Assembly (NCBI GenBank): GCA_017515285.1
Contig: JAFWGN010000007.1
Span: forward strand, 48,921-112,920
Origin: Candidatus Saccharimonadota bacterium
GTDB lineage: Bacteria; Patescibacteriota; Saccharimonadia; Saccharimonadales; Saccharimonadaceae
Direction: 5' to 3'
DNA length: 64,000 nt
A program made the translations under genes and the position numbers. Positions 63,999-64,000 of this stretch are shown here, piece by piece. The notes beneath the pieces were generated by a model. It worked only from the letters and a program-made list of their open reading frames with translations, was not told the origin of the DNA and made no database searches. Each line of letters opens with the position of its first letter. Position 1 is the first letter of the stretch.

Positions 63999-64000
63999 CA

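Overview
Reading both strands, this 64 kb window looks like a compact, gene-dense bacterial chromosome segment, probably a Candidate Phyla Radiation (Patescibacteria, possibly Saccharibacteria-like) organism. The supports for that placement are: no rpmD (L30) between rpsE and rplO, a short EF-Ts, two sortases, a DUF2207 surface protein, two giant Ser/Thr/Asn-rich secreted paralogs, and fermentative lactate dehydrogenase. The lineage call is inference. Most genes are core housekeeping genes on the minus strand: murD (partial), an M16 peptidase, secA, hpf, serS, ldh, lysS, a CPBP protease, rseP, frr and tRNA-Leu. A long ribosomal/secY/rpoA block follows: rplF-rplR-rpsE-rplO-secY-[sortase]-infA-rpmJ-rpsM-rpsK-rpsD-rpoA-rplQ, then rplM-rpsI. 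Further along are tsf-rpsB, a Y-family polymerase, a two-component system, queA-tgt, cysS, nrnA, rmuC, recR-ybaB, dnaB-dnaX, rlmH, rplJ-rplL, dus, an AddA/UvrD-like helicase-nuclease and gpsA. Seven observations stand out. (1) A GC-rich hairpin repeat is inserted in-frame in lysS and dnaX, where it encodes EPRNDGRE in both, and also sits intergenically; this resembles Rickettsia palindromic elements. (2) Two families of long palindromic (MITE/REP-like) repeats occur, one with arm changes that preserve pairing. (3) Two paralogous giant surface proteins carry a Fibrobacter-type C-terminal domain; one interrupts the spc ribosomal operon, and both share a structured 5' leader showing base-pair covariation. 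(4) An accessory plus-strand segment at about 51.3-57.8 kb follows rplJL in place of rpoBC. Its wobble-base strand bias runs opposite to other plus-strand genes, which suggests inversion or acquisition. (5) That segment encodes a Thr/Cys Asp/Glu-racemase-family enzyme with small partner genes, a CYTH protein, and a small membrane protein + beta-helical repeat protein + flotillin module reminiscent of LiaI/LiaG + scaffold. (6) A TATAAT box sits 6-7 nt upstream of ATG at many non-ribosomal genes, implying leaderless mRNAs, and this changes several start calls. (7) A sortase gene occupies the position where adk/map normally lie between secY and infA.
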